The notes below the pieces were generated by a model that had not been told where the DNA came from, searched no databases, and worked only from the letters and a program-made list of their open reading frames with translations. Positions 1-9,007 of a stretch of DNA of 64,000 bases are shown here, piece by piece. The stretch is taken from NCBI GenBank assembly GCA_963666205.1, contig OY762654.1, positions 1,568,001 through 1,632,000 on the forward strand, given 5' to 3'. Numbering within the stretch: the stretch's first letter is position 1; every line of letters begins with the position of its first letter. The DNA comes from Synergistales bacterium. Its GTDB lineage: Bacteria > Synergistota > Synergistia > Synergistales > JAFGMB01. Position numbers and translations under genes: made by a program.

Positions 1-495
1 TCCATGACTCTTTCTTGGCTTGACCACCATGGGAAACGTCAATTCACTGAAATTGATCTGATCTGTATCAGTGATGTCGAATAACGTCCGGGGACAGGGA
101 ATTCCTTTATCCATACATATCTTCATCGTATTTAGTTTGTCATAGGCCACATTAAAAAGTCCTTCATCCACTACTGCCACTTTTGCATACTTTTCGATCT
201 CTTTCTTGTGGTGTGAAAGGTGTTCCAGTGTTTCATCTGAAGTACCTATAACAACATCGATCTTCATATGTTTAACGATAGAGCATGTTTTCTCTATCAG
301 ATATTCAGAGTCACCTTTTATTTTCCTGTCCAGGATCTTTCTATGGGCATACCTTGTATTGTTTCCATTATCCAGCCTGGAAGAATTAAGGGTTACCACA
401 CGGCAGCCAAGGTCATGACAGGCCCTGGCAAAAGGCAGGGTCTGCCTGTCCTTACCGTCGATCAATAACACTACAATATCTTTGTAATCTTTCAT
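1..495 (-). CDS. ATP-grasp domain protein (partial, runs off left edge), polysaccharide-locus type
   Basis: Not in the ORF track. Manual translation from ATG 495 (SD GAGGT upstream): MKDYKDIVVLLIDGKDRQTLPFARACHDLG...AYDKLNTMKICMDKGIPCPRT...FPMVVKPRKSHG. The DK..T and FP.VVKP..S.G motifs are ATP-grasp-like. Confidence 0.75.
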   Translation of the reverse strand, partial: MKDYKDIVVLLIDGKDRQTLPFARACHDLGCRVVTLNSSRLDNGNNTRYAHRKILDRKIKGDSEYLIEKTCSIVKHMKIDVVIGTSDETLEHLSHHKKEIEKYAKVAVVDEGLFNVAYDKLNTMKICMDKGIPCPRTLFDITDTDQINFSELTFPMVVKPRKSHG

Positions 496-525
496 ATGAC
501 TGACCTCATCAATATCCGGACTGGA

Positions 526-1371
526 TCACAAAAGATCAAGATCTTCCCTGAGGAAGAGACCTATCGGTTTAGTTGGATCAGGAAAAGAGGAAAATAAGTG
601 TTCCAGTTTTTTTTGTGCCCAGGCAAGACCATAATAATGTCTGAACCTTAAACCCCATTTAATTGTTCTTATGTAAGGCTGATGAACATCTATTTCCCAT
701 GGATGAAAATAGAACAGATAAAATCCGTTTTCAGCAAGATATTTTTCAACAAGAATGTGAAAAAGAGAAAAAGGAATTAACCTGAAATATCCTCCCCCGG
801 ATATGGGAATAGTATTTTTTGCAAAGGACAAGACAGGTAAAGGACATTCAACAACGCCACTTTTATGAACAAAAGGACTATTGCAATCACCAGATTCCAG
901 TTTTCCGTATCTGGAATTTCTTTTGAACTTAATAAAACTTGAATCATATTTGAAACCATTTGTATGTAAAACATCCATAACAACTTCACTTACCGAAAAA
1001 CATGGTGCTCTGTACCCTATAACATCCCTGTCAATTATATTTTCAAGTATGGTTTTACTTTTCACTATATCCGTAACTATCTCTTCCTTACTCATTTTTG
1101 AATTCAGCTGGTGAGAATAACCATGCGAAGCAATTTCGTGTCCCCTTGAATAGATCTCGGAAACAAGGTCCGGCAATCTTTCAGCGATCCATCCCAGCAC
1201 AAAAAAAGTTGCCTTGAATTGATATTTATCCAGTAGGTCCAGAAGATCCCGTGTATGAGTTTCAACTCTGAGTTTCTGTGAATTCCAGCTGGAAAGAGGA
1301 AATTCAGATCGAAGGTTTTCAACCTGGAACCAGTCTTCAACATCAAAAGAAAGACATACTGTTTTCTTCAT
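526..1371 (-). CDS. Polysaccharide deacetylase (XrtA/DUF3473 type)
   Basis: SFDVEDWFQ, HEIASHGYSH, GYRAP.FS, GGGYFRL and FYFHPWEID motifs. GGAGG before ATG 1371. Confidence 0.9.
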   Translation of the reverse strand: MKKTVCLSFDVEDWFQVENLRSEFPLSSWNSQKLRVETHTRDLLDLLDKYQFKATFFVLGWIAERLPDLVSEIYSRGHEIASHGYSHQLNSKMSKEEIVTDIVKSKTILENIIDRDVIGYRAPCFSVSEVVMDVLHTNGFKYDSSFIKFKRNSRYGKLESGDCNSPFVHKSGVVECPLPVLSFAKNTIPISGGGYFRLIPFSLFHILVEKYLAENGFYLFYFHPWEIDVHQPYIRTIKWGLRFRHYYGLAWAQKKLEHLFSSFPDPTKPIGLFLREDLDLL

Positions 1372-1673
1372 AAAGGTATCCTCCAACAGAGCCTCATAAA
1401 ATAAAACGAAGGAATATCTGGAAGATCTTTAAATTAATGAAAAAGGAGAAAGTGGTTATTTTAAAACATATACGAGGTAAGATATAGATGATGTTATATC
1501 AGAAATGGGAAAGAGCTCTTCTGTTTAGTTGTTTAAAATATCTCATAATTTATATGTTAAGTCAAGAAATTGTCAAGCTGATAATTTCAGCTGATACCGA
1601 CCATCTAAATACCTTTATACTATTAACAGAATTACAGTATTATTCACTTGAGAATCCTTTTGAAGGGATGGTT

Positions 1674-2195
1674 ATGATAATGGATGAAAAATTGGAGGTC
1701 ATCAAGGGAGACATAACAAAACTGAAAGTGGATGCCATCGTGAACGCTGCAAACACTTCACTTCTGGGCGGAGGCGGAGTTGACGGGGCAATTCATCGGG
1801 CTGCAGGACCACAATTGCTCGAAGAATGCCGCACCCTTGGCGGATGTCCTACTGGAGATGCAAAGATAACAATGGCCTACAACCTGCCGTCAAAATACGT
1901 GATCCACACTCCCGGTCCCGTATGGAGAGGCGGAAAGAGGAGAGAATCAGAACTCCTTGCGTCATGCTACCGCAGGAGCCTCGAACTGGCCGTGGCTCAT
2001 GACTGCAATAGCATAGCCTTTCCAGCCATAAGCTGCGGAATTTACGGCTACCCCCTGGAACAGGCAGTTGGAATAGCGGTTGGCGAGGTTAGGGCATTCC
2101 TCGAAAAAGACAAAACACTGAAAAAAGTATATTTTGTCTGTTTTAGTGACGAGATCTACGGTGAATATGAAAGGGCTCTTTCTGAATTAAGCTAG
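1674..2195 (+). CDS. Macrodomain O-acetyl-ADP-ribose deacetylase (YmdB-like)
   Basis: [38 protein letters not shown]. Start is 1674 or 1680. Confidence 0.92.
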   Translation: MIMDEKLEVIKGDITKLKVDAIVNAANTSLLGGGGVDGAIHRAAGPQLLEECRTLGGCPTGDAKITMAYNLPSKYVIHTPGPVWRGGKRRESELLASCYRRSLELAVAHDCNSIAFPAISCGIYGYPLEQAVGIAVGEVRAFLEKDKTLKKVYFVCFSDEIYGEYERALSELS

Positions 2196-2309
2196 GAAAA
2201 ATATTTTGTCTTTAAGCTTAATACCGATAAAAAAAGAAATGGCACCCCTTCAAGCTGAATTTATATCAGATAGAAAGGGTCACCATTTCTGCAAAAATCT
2301 TGTATTGTC

Positions 2310-3782
2310 CTAGACAGGATAGGCTACATCTTCCTCCGCTTTCCCAAAACCGATATCTCTCTTGTATCTTCTGGCATATTTCCTCATGAGAAATTCTTCC
2401 GCCACCTGGGGAAATAGAACGTAACTCAATACATCCTCTGGCTTTATCATCCATATACCAAGTTTCTTCTTAGCTGACTTCAGTTCCGGTTCGATCTTTT
2501 CTCCGGGACGGCAGGTTATGGGTTCTTCATCACCAATAACCTTTTTCTGTATTTCAGGGTCTACATCTGCGGGAGGTTTACCGTAGTATCCAAGAATGTA
2601 ATTTTTCACTTCCTTTGGTACTATCTTCCATCTTTCCCCAACAAGAACATTCAAAGTTGCCTGGGTTCCTACTATCTGACTCGTAGGCGTTACAAGGGGA
2701 GGATAACCCATCTCTTTTCTTACCCTTGGCACCTCCTCAAGGACTTCCTTTATCCTGTGAAGGGCATTCTGTTCCCTAAGCTGATTTTCCAGATTGGAAT
2801 ACATTCCTCCGGGGATCTGATAGACAAGAACGTTGGTATCGGCACCTTCCATTTTGACGAAAATATCATCATACTTCCCGCGAATTGATTTAAAATGCTC
2901 AGCGACTGGAAGAAGACTGTCAAGGGTCAGTCCCGTATCGTAGGGGCCACCCTCAAGGGCTGCTGCAACAGATTCAGTAGCTGGCTGACTGGTCCGCATG
3001 GACATGGATGATATGGCACAGTCCACAACATCGGCTCCAGCCATGATTCCGGAAATATAGGCCATGGAAGCCATGCCGCTAGTGTAATGGCAGTGGATCT
3101 GGACTGGAAGACCCGTGGCTTCCCTGATGTTCGTTACAAGTTCATAAGAGACGGCAGCCGAGAGCAGACCAGCCATGTCCTTGATGCATATGGAATCGGC
3201 TCCCATGCCCTTCATCTCAACGGCAAGGTCTGCAAAGGTCTTAACGGTATGTACCGGGGAAAGGGTATAGGATATGGACATCTGGAGATGGGCCCCTTCC
3301 TTTTTGACCTGGTCCGCTGCGATCTCAAGGTTTCTCAGATCATTCAGCGCATCAAAGAGACGCATTATGTCTATTCCATTACCTACCGCCCTTTTTACAA
3401 ATTCCCTGACTGTATCATCTGCATAGTGCCTGTAACCCACAAGGTTCTGCCCTCTCAGAAGCATCTGGAGGCGGGTATTCTTAAAGTATTTTCTGAGGGT
3501 CCTGAGCCTTTCCCAGGGATCTTCATCAAGAAATCGCATGCAGGAATCGAAGGTCGCCCCTCCCCACACCTCAAGGGAATGATAACCCACCTCATCCATA
3601 CTTTCCAGAACTGGAAGCATATCCTCGATCCTAAGGCGGGTCGCCATCAGAGATTGATGAGCATCTCTAAGAACAGTCTCGGTGATCCCGACTTTCCTGG
3701 TGGAAGAGGTTTTCTCTTTACTATTCAGAAAATCCTTATCACGTTGCTTTACTCTTTTGACTTTTTTGACCTGATCTGTCAT
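2310..3782 (-). CDS. Pyruvate carboxylase subunit B / oxaloacetate decarboxylase alpha carboxyltransferase (no biotin domain)
   Basis: TVLRDAHQSL.ATR, EVWGGATFD, CIKDMAG, PGGM.SNL, GYPPLVTPTSQIVG. Confidence 0.92.
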   Translation of the reverse strand: MTDQVKKVKRVKQRDKDFLNSKEKTSSTRKVGITETVLRDAHQSLMATRLRIEDMLPVLESMDEVGYHSLEVWGGATFDSCMRFLDEDPWERLRTLRKYFKNTRLQMLLRGQNLVGYRHYADDTVREFVKRAVGNGIDIMRLFDALNDLRNLEIAADQVKKEGAHLQMSISYTLSPVHTVKTFADLAVEMKGMGADSICIKDMAGLLSAAVSYELVTNIREATGLPVQIHCHYTSGMASMAYISGIMAGADVVDCAISSMSMRTSQPATESVAAALEGGPYDTGLTLDSLLPVAEHFKSIRGKYDDIFVKMEGADTNVLVYQIPGGMYSNLENQLREQNALHRIKEVLEEVPRVRKEMGYPPLVTPTSQIVGTQATLNVLVGERWKIVPKEVKNYILGYYGKPPADVDPEIQKKVIGDEEPITCRPGEKIEPELKSAKKKLGIWMIKPEDVLSYVLFPQVAEEFLMRKYARRYKRDIGFGKAEEDVAYPV

Positions 3783-3825
3783 TACCTCATCTCTCCTCTC
3801 TCTAAAATAGTGAAGTTAAATGATC

Positions 3826-4545
3826 TCAATTATCTGAATACAGCCTTTCCAGACAAGACTTTGCAAGAGCCCAAAGGCTCGAAATACACATTTCCTCCGG
3901 TAATGACGATGCTCCATAAGCAAGAGGGATCTCCGTACACGCTGCTATAACCGGAACCTTTTTTTCAGCCCATAGCTTTTGAATAGCACTTTCAAGCTTA
4001 AGACCTCCTTCATGGAGCCGATTTGCCTTAACCAGTTCTATACTTACCTGGACATCTCTCTGGCATTCCCTGGAAGGATAGTATAGCTTACAGGATACCG
4101 AATCGGCATAATCACCGAAAATTCCACTTTTGGTTGTTCCTTCGGTAGCCAGGAACCATGCTCCCTGGGGGCTCTTTTCCCTTGCAAGGTCAATGGTTGA
4201 TTCTACTATATGGACAAGGGGGCAGGGAAGCTCATCCCTGAAGGTATTTATAAAATAATGTGCTGTATTACATGGCACAGCAAGGATATCAGCACCCCAG
4301 TCACAAACCCGCAACAAGCCTTCCTTCAGAGCAGGAAGGGGTGAAGGCCCCTTTCCCAGGATGGCACTGCTTCTATCGGGTATTGCAGGATTAGAGTAGA
4401 GAATGATCTTCGGGTGTTCCTGATCCCTTCCAGCTGGAGCCAGAACTGCCAGCAACCTGAGAAATTCTGCTGTAGCTGCAGGGCCAAGTCCTCCAAGAAT
4501 ACCCAGCACCTTTTCAGGTGACCCTGTCATTGAAGTATCTTTCAT
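3826..4545 (-). CDS. Aspartate/glutamate racemase family protein
   Basis: LGILGGLGPAAT, IPDRS, and both catalytic Cys motifs (PCNTAH, CTEIP). GGGAGG before ATG 4545. Confidence 0.9.
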   Translation of the reverse strand: MKDTSMTGSPEKVLGILGGLGPAATAEFLRLLAVLAPAGRDQEHPKIILYSNPAIPDRSSAILGKGPSPLPALKEGLLRVCDWGADILAVPCNTAHYFINTFRDELPCPLVHIVESTIDLAREKSPQGAWFLATEGTTKSGIFGDYADSVSCKLYYPSRECQRDVQVSIELVKANRLHEGGLKLESAIQKLWAEKKVPVIAACTEIPLAYGASSLPEEMCISSLWALAKSCLERLYSDN

Positions 4546-4631
4546 CGCTTTTTCCTCCCATTTACATAACTCTTTATGATACACGGTATTGCGAACTTTT
4601 CTCTTACATATTCATTCAGGTAATTATATAT

Positions 4632-4667
4632 AAAACGGCGGGAGTCAGAAGACTTTCCGCCGTTTTT
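4632..4667. terminator. Intrinsic terminator-like hairpin downstream of the MBL gene
   Basis: AAAACGGCGGGAGTC-AGAA-GACTTTCCGCCGTTTTT. Confidence 0.7.
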
Positions 4668-4707
4668 GAGGGGGGGGGTATTACAATCAAGTAGAATCTA
4701 CCGTTCG

Positions 4708-5520
4708 TTAAATTAATAGATCCATGCCGGTCTTTCCCAGAGAAACATTCTGCTCTCTTCTGTAAAGTTCAGCCGCAGCAAGGAAACCGGTACAATGACA
4801 TGGTATCCACTGTTTAACAGAGAACCTCTCAACCAGAACATCAACGATCCTGGAGGCATACTCTTTAGACTTTTCCCCAATATGCATACCACCAATTACA
4901 GAATAGAATTCCCTGGTCTGAAAGTGTGAGGAAATCTCTTCCATAATATTCACTATACCTGCATGGGCACAACCAAGTATCACGCTTAAACCCAATTCTC
5001 CTTCCACAACAATAGAGATGTCATCCTCAAAACTGTCCGTTTTCCAGCCTTCTCCTGAGGGCAGCTGCAGGTGCTTTGGAGTGGAGAAAAACTCAGGATC
5101 CCGTTTATCCATTGGAATCTCTACTGCCCAGACTTTGTCGGTAATGAGAGTCCTGCCCTTGACAGGGCGGAAATCAAGAGATCCTTTATTCATATGACAG
5201 CCTATAAAATAACGCTTGTCATTCTTAAACCTTGTATGGGAACACTCTATCCCGGGATGAGCCCATACCGGGATATTGCCGGCTTCAATAAGTATCTGGC
5301 CTAACATACTGGTATGGTCATAATGCCCATGACTCAATACAATCTGATCCGTCTTTTTAAGATCGATACCCAGTCTTGGAGCATTATGAAGGATAGATTC
5401 CCCCTGACCTGTATCTATCAATATGTTCTCTTTTCCCGTTTCGAGCCAGAAGCTTAATCCATGCTCCGCTTTGAGGTCCTGTCTACCGCATAGATTATCC
5501 ACAAGTATCGTTAATTTCAT
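4708..5520 (-). CDS. MBL-fold metallo-hydrolase
   Basis: AEHGLS, DTGQ, LSHGHYDH, GCAHAG, GGMH, PCHCTG. Confidence 0.88.
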   Translation of the reverse strand: MKLTILVDNLCGRQDLKAEHGLSFWLETGKENILIDTGQGESILHNAPRLGIDLKKTDQIVLSHGHYDHTSMLGQILIEAGNIPVWAHPGIECSHTRFKNDKRYFIGCHMNKGSLDFRPVKGRTLITDKVWAVEIPMDKRDPEFFSTPKHLQLPSGEGWKTDSFEDDISIVVEGELGLSVILGCAHAGIVNIMEEISSHFQTREFYSVIGGMHIGEKSKEYASRIVDVLVERFSVKQWIPCHCTGFLAAAELYRREQNVSLGKTGMDLLI

Positions 5521-5602
5521 TTAAGACACTCTCCCTTACGAAGGGCTTATTTCCTTATGTGAAACAATGGTCTTATCCGTTTCGTGTCCTCTTTCCCAAA
5601 GT

Positions 5603-6559
5603 TTAACTGATAAATGTCACCAGCTTGTCAGGGTCAATATTACCTCCCGAAAGGAATAGACAGACCTTTTCCCCGGGCTTGAAGCTTATCTGACCTTCCA
5701 GAGCTGCGGCAAGACCGATAGCAGCAGAAGGTTCGACCAGAACCTTTCCCTTAAAGATGATCTCTTTAAGAGCTTTGGTTATAAATTCATCATTGGCAGT
5801 AACAATTTCATCAACATACTGATCGATAAGGGGATAATTATGCTCCCCGGTCTTCGTTATCATGAGACCATCTGCAAGGGTCGGCCCCATGGGCACTTCT
5901 ACGGCATGACCAGCTTTCCTGCTTTCACTGTAACGGGGTATGCCTTCCGGCTCCACTCCTATGACCCGGACATGGGGATTGGTCGCCTTTAGTGCCAGAG
6001 CAACTCCTGCCAGAAGTCCGCCGCCGCCGAGAGGAACTATAACAGTATCGATATCGGGCTTATCCTGAATGATCTCAAGACCTGAAGTTCCCTGGCCTGC
6101 AATAAGGTCGGGGTCATTATAGGAATGAACAAGGGTATATCCCTTTTCTGCCTGGATCTCATACAGTTTTTTATAGCGCTGAATTGAATCAAAACCATGA
6201 AGTACAACTTCTGCCCCAAGGGCTTTTGTTCCTTCGATCTTTGAAACTGGTGCGTTTTCAGGGAGAACAAGAACCGCCTTTATACCCAGCATTTTCGAGG
6301 CATAGGCAACACCCTGGGCATGATTTCCGGAAGAAGAAGCAATTATACCTTTTGCTTTCTCTTCATCAGTAAGGGAAAGGATCTTGTTCGTAGCTCCCCG
6401 TATCTTGAAAGATCCGGTTATCTGAAGACATTCTGGCTTTAAATAAATTTCGCAGCCAAGAAGATCGTCCAGTTTATCTGCCCTCAGAAGAGGTGTATGT
6501 CTGACCCGCCCTTCAAGCCTTTGGGCAGCTTTTTGAATATCACTGAAAGTTATAGCCAT
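5603..6559 (-). CDS. PLP-dependent threonine/serine dehydratase (short form, no ACT domain)
   Basis: TGSFKIRGA, SSGNHAQG, PLGGGGL, EPSAA, SGGN. Confidence 0.9.
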   Translation of the reverse strand: MAITFSDIQKAAQRLEGRVRHTPLLRADKLDDLLGCEIYLKPECLQITGSFKIRGATNKILSLTDEEKAKGIIASSSGNHAQGVAYASKMLGIKAVLVLPENAPVSKIEGTKALGAEVVLHGFDSIQRYKKLYEIQAEKGYTLVHSYNDPDLIAGQGTSGLEIIQDKPDIDTVIVPLGGGGLLAGVALALKATNPHVRVIGVEPEGIPRYSESRKAGHAVEVPMGPTLADGLMITKTGEHNYPLIDQYVDEIVTANDEFITKALKEIIFKGKVLVEPSAAIGLAAALEGQISFKPGEKVCLFLSGGNIDPDKLVTFIS

Positions 6560-6576
6560 GTTATAAAATATCCCCC

Positions 6577-7752
6577 TTAACCGAGTAGTTTGTTCATTGC
6601 CTTCTGGATCCTGTCTGCTGCGGTCTCAAGATTATCCATTGAGGTAGCATAGGAGATCCGGAAGGAATATTTATTGCCTGGTCCAAATGCCAGCCCTGGT
6701 ATCACGGCTACTCCAGCTTCATTAAGAAGGTAGCTGCAGAGTTCTCCGCATTCCATCCCTGAATCTTTTATGTTCGGGAAAAGGTAAAAAGCTCCTCCAG
6801 GGGCAACACATGTCATACCCTTTGTTTCATTTATAGCTTTCAGGATGAATTCTCTTCTTTTTGTGAATTCTTCCACCATTTTCCGGGTCGGTTCCTGGCT
6901 TCCCTTAAGTGCCGCAAGGGCACCCCACTGGACCATGGTCGATGCGTGGGTCACCAGGTACATATGAAGTCTGACCATGATATCAATGAGTTCCATGGGG
7001 GCTGCTATATAACCGATCCTCCAGCCAGTCATGGCGTGGGATTTTGCAAAACCGTTAAGGACAATGGTCCTTTCACGCATACCTGGAAGAGATGCGATGC
7101 TTATACATTCATATCCAGGATAAATTATCCTTTCATATATCTCGTCGGATATAACCAGAAGATCATGTTTTCCTGCAAATTCGGCAACCTTTTCCAGAGT
7201 CTCCCTTGTCTGAATACCTCCTGTCGGATTAGACGGGTCAAGGATCACAAGCATTTTTGTTTTCTCTGATACCTTTGATTCAAGCTCTTTGAGATCTATC
7301 TGAAAATTATTGCTGTCCGAGATCGAATACTGCACAGGAACTGCCTGGTTAAATACTGGTACATGAGTATAGTTGACCCAGGAAGGATCGGGGACAAGAA
7401 CTTCGTCTCCAGGATCAAGAAAGGCCGTGAGGGCTATAAAAACTCCTTCTGCCACTCCCACTGTACAAATGATCTCTTCTGGAGAATAGGCAAGTTTATT
7501 CTCAACTGAAAGTTTCTCACAAATAGCTTCTCTGAGCTCCAATATTCCTTTGTTTGCTGTATAGTGAGTTGCTCCCTTTCTCACGGCATCTTCCATAGCA
7601 GAGATGATATGAGGGGGAGTATCGAAATCCGGCTCACCAAGTCCCAGACTTATGATATCTTTACCCTGGTCCCTTAATTTATTAACCTCCGCAAAAACTT
7701 TTCTTATTCCTGAAACAGGAACCTTTTCCATTTTTTTTGACTGCAGGAACAT
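6577..7752 (-). CDS. Class I/II PLP aminotransferase (AspC-like)
   Basis: GEPDF, PSNPTG, SDEIY, GFAKSHAMTGWRIGY. Confidence 0.92.
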   Translation of the reverse strand: MFLQSKKMEKVPVSGIRKVFAEVNKLRDQGKDIISLGLGEPDFDTPPHIISAMEDAVRKGATHYTANKGILELREAICEKLSVENKLAYSPEEIICTVGVAEGVFIALTAFLDPGDEVLVPDPSWVNYTHVPVFNQAVPVQYSISDSNNFQIDLKELESKVSEKTKMLVILDPSNPTGGIQTRETLEKVAEFAGKHDLLVISDEIYERIIYPGYECISIASLPGMRERTIVLNGFAKSHAMTGWRIGYIAAPMELIDIMVRLHMYLVTHASTMVQWGALAALKGSQEPTRKMVEEFTKRREFILKAINETKGMTCVAPGGAFYLFPNIKDSGMECGELCSYLLNEAGVAVIPGLAFGPGNKYSFRISYATSMDNLETAADRIQKAMNKLLG

Positions 7753-7833
7753 TCAAAAACCACCTCTACTTTAAGGCTAGATCAAAATATTTACTGTACC
7801 TTCATGTCCTTTAATTTCATCTTTGAAACAAGT

Positions 7834-7857
7834 GGGGACTGGGGTTACCCAGCCCCC
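7834..7857 (-). terminator. GC-rich hairpin after the TAXI gene (stabiliser or weak terminator)
   Basis: Minus strand GGGGGCTGGG-TAAC-CCCAGTCCCC with a poor U tail. Confidence 0.45.
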
Positions 7858-7877
7858 CGTAAACTGTAATAACGGTT

Positions 7878-8864
7878 CTATTTAAGGAGACCGACTTCCT
7901 TGAAGTATTTCAATGCACCGGGATGATAAGGGATCATCATGTCTTTCTCGGGTTCAACCAGTCCTGGTCCGAACTGAGAAAGAGCAGCAGCAACTGACCT
8001 GACGGTCTCATCGTTCTCGTAAAGAGCTTTGGTCATCTGGTATGCTAGTTCTTCGGGAAGTTCCTCACGGCAGACGATAAGATCCGCTGGGTCACCGGCG
8101 GTGATAACTTCATAATCCTGGTTGGTGTAAAGGTTTGCGGGAATGGTCCTTCTCTGGATCCACTGGTTGATCTTCTTCAGGTTCTCAAATGCCTCATCAG
8201 AAATGGGAAGCATTACGACCTTTCCGGTCACCATCAGTTCTGCAACCGCCGAAGCTCCGGGAGTAAGACCAAGGATTGCTCCATCTATCAGTCCGTCCGA
8301 CATCATGTCCACTGCCTGGCCGGCTTCGATATACTCAGGTTTAATGTCATCAAAGGTAAGACCATAAGCCTTCAGGATCTCGCGGCTGTCGACAACCCCA
8401 CCTCCGCCCAGTGGTCCTACTGCTATCTTTTTGCCTTTAAAATCAGCTATAGTTTTGATACCACTGCTTTTAAGAGCTGCAACCTGCTTGGCATCGAACA
8501 TGACTCCACCTGTTAGAGAACGAAGCCAGGGCATTTTCTCTTTGTACTTTTCGATCCCATTGAAAGCCCTGTTAGCTTCAACTGCTCTACAGACCGCAAC
8601 TTCAATGTCATTGGTTCTCAGCATATCAATGTTATTCACAGATCCGCCTGAAGCAATAGCAACTGCCTTCATATCCTTTATATTGCCATTCCATATGGTT
8701 GCCATTGCGATACCAAGAGGATAGTTCATTCCACCGACACTTGCGGTTCCTATAGTAATATGCGTAGTTTTTGCCATTGCAGGCAGAGTTCCGAAGGAAA
8801 TACACAGAACCAGTGCTGCCGCTATAAACAAAGAAATTGTTTTCAGTTTTCCCAGTTTAATCAT
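7878..8864 (-). CDS. TAXI-family TRAP substrate-binding protein
   Basis: Signal peptide, IGTA..GG..YP, ASGGSV.N, PYHPGALKYFKE. Confidence 0.92.
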   Translation of the reverse strand: MIKLGKLKTISLFIAAALVLCISFGTLPAMAKTTHITIGTASVGGMNYPLGIAMATIWNGNIKDMKAVAIASGGSVNNIDMLRTNDIEVAVCRAVEANRAFNGIEKYKEKMPWLRSLTGGVMFDAKQVAALKSSGIKTIADFKGKKIAVGPLGGGGVVDSREILKAYGLTFDDIKPEYIEAGQAVDMMSDGLIDGAILGLTPGASAVAELMVTGKVVMLPISDEAFENLKKINQWIQRRTIPANLYTNQDYEVITAGDPADLIVCREELPEELAYQMTKALYENDETVRSVAAALSQFGPGLVEPEKDMMIPYHPGALKYFKEVGLLK

Positions 8865-9007
8865 TTAGTTCCCCTCCTATATGATATATATTTATGTTAC
8901 CTGTTTCCAGTCGCAGTTATCTGAATATCCTGCTGAAATGAGATCATCACCTCCTCAGGTTCTCCCCTATAAGGTCCCTATCCTGATGTATGGGGACCTT
9001 TATGTAT

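Noticed and set aside
3087-3950. Long plus-strand ORF of 287 aa (also 39628-40449 and many shorter ones)
   Set aside because: Antisense shadows of well-conserved genes, with no motifs.
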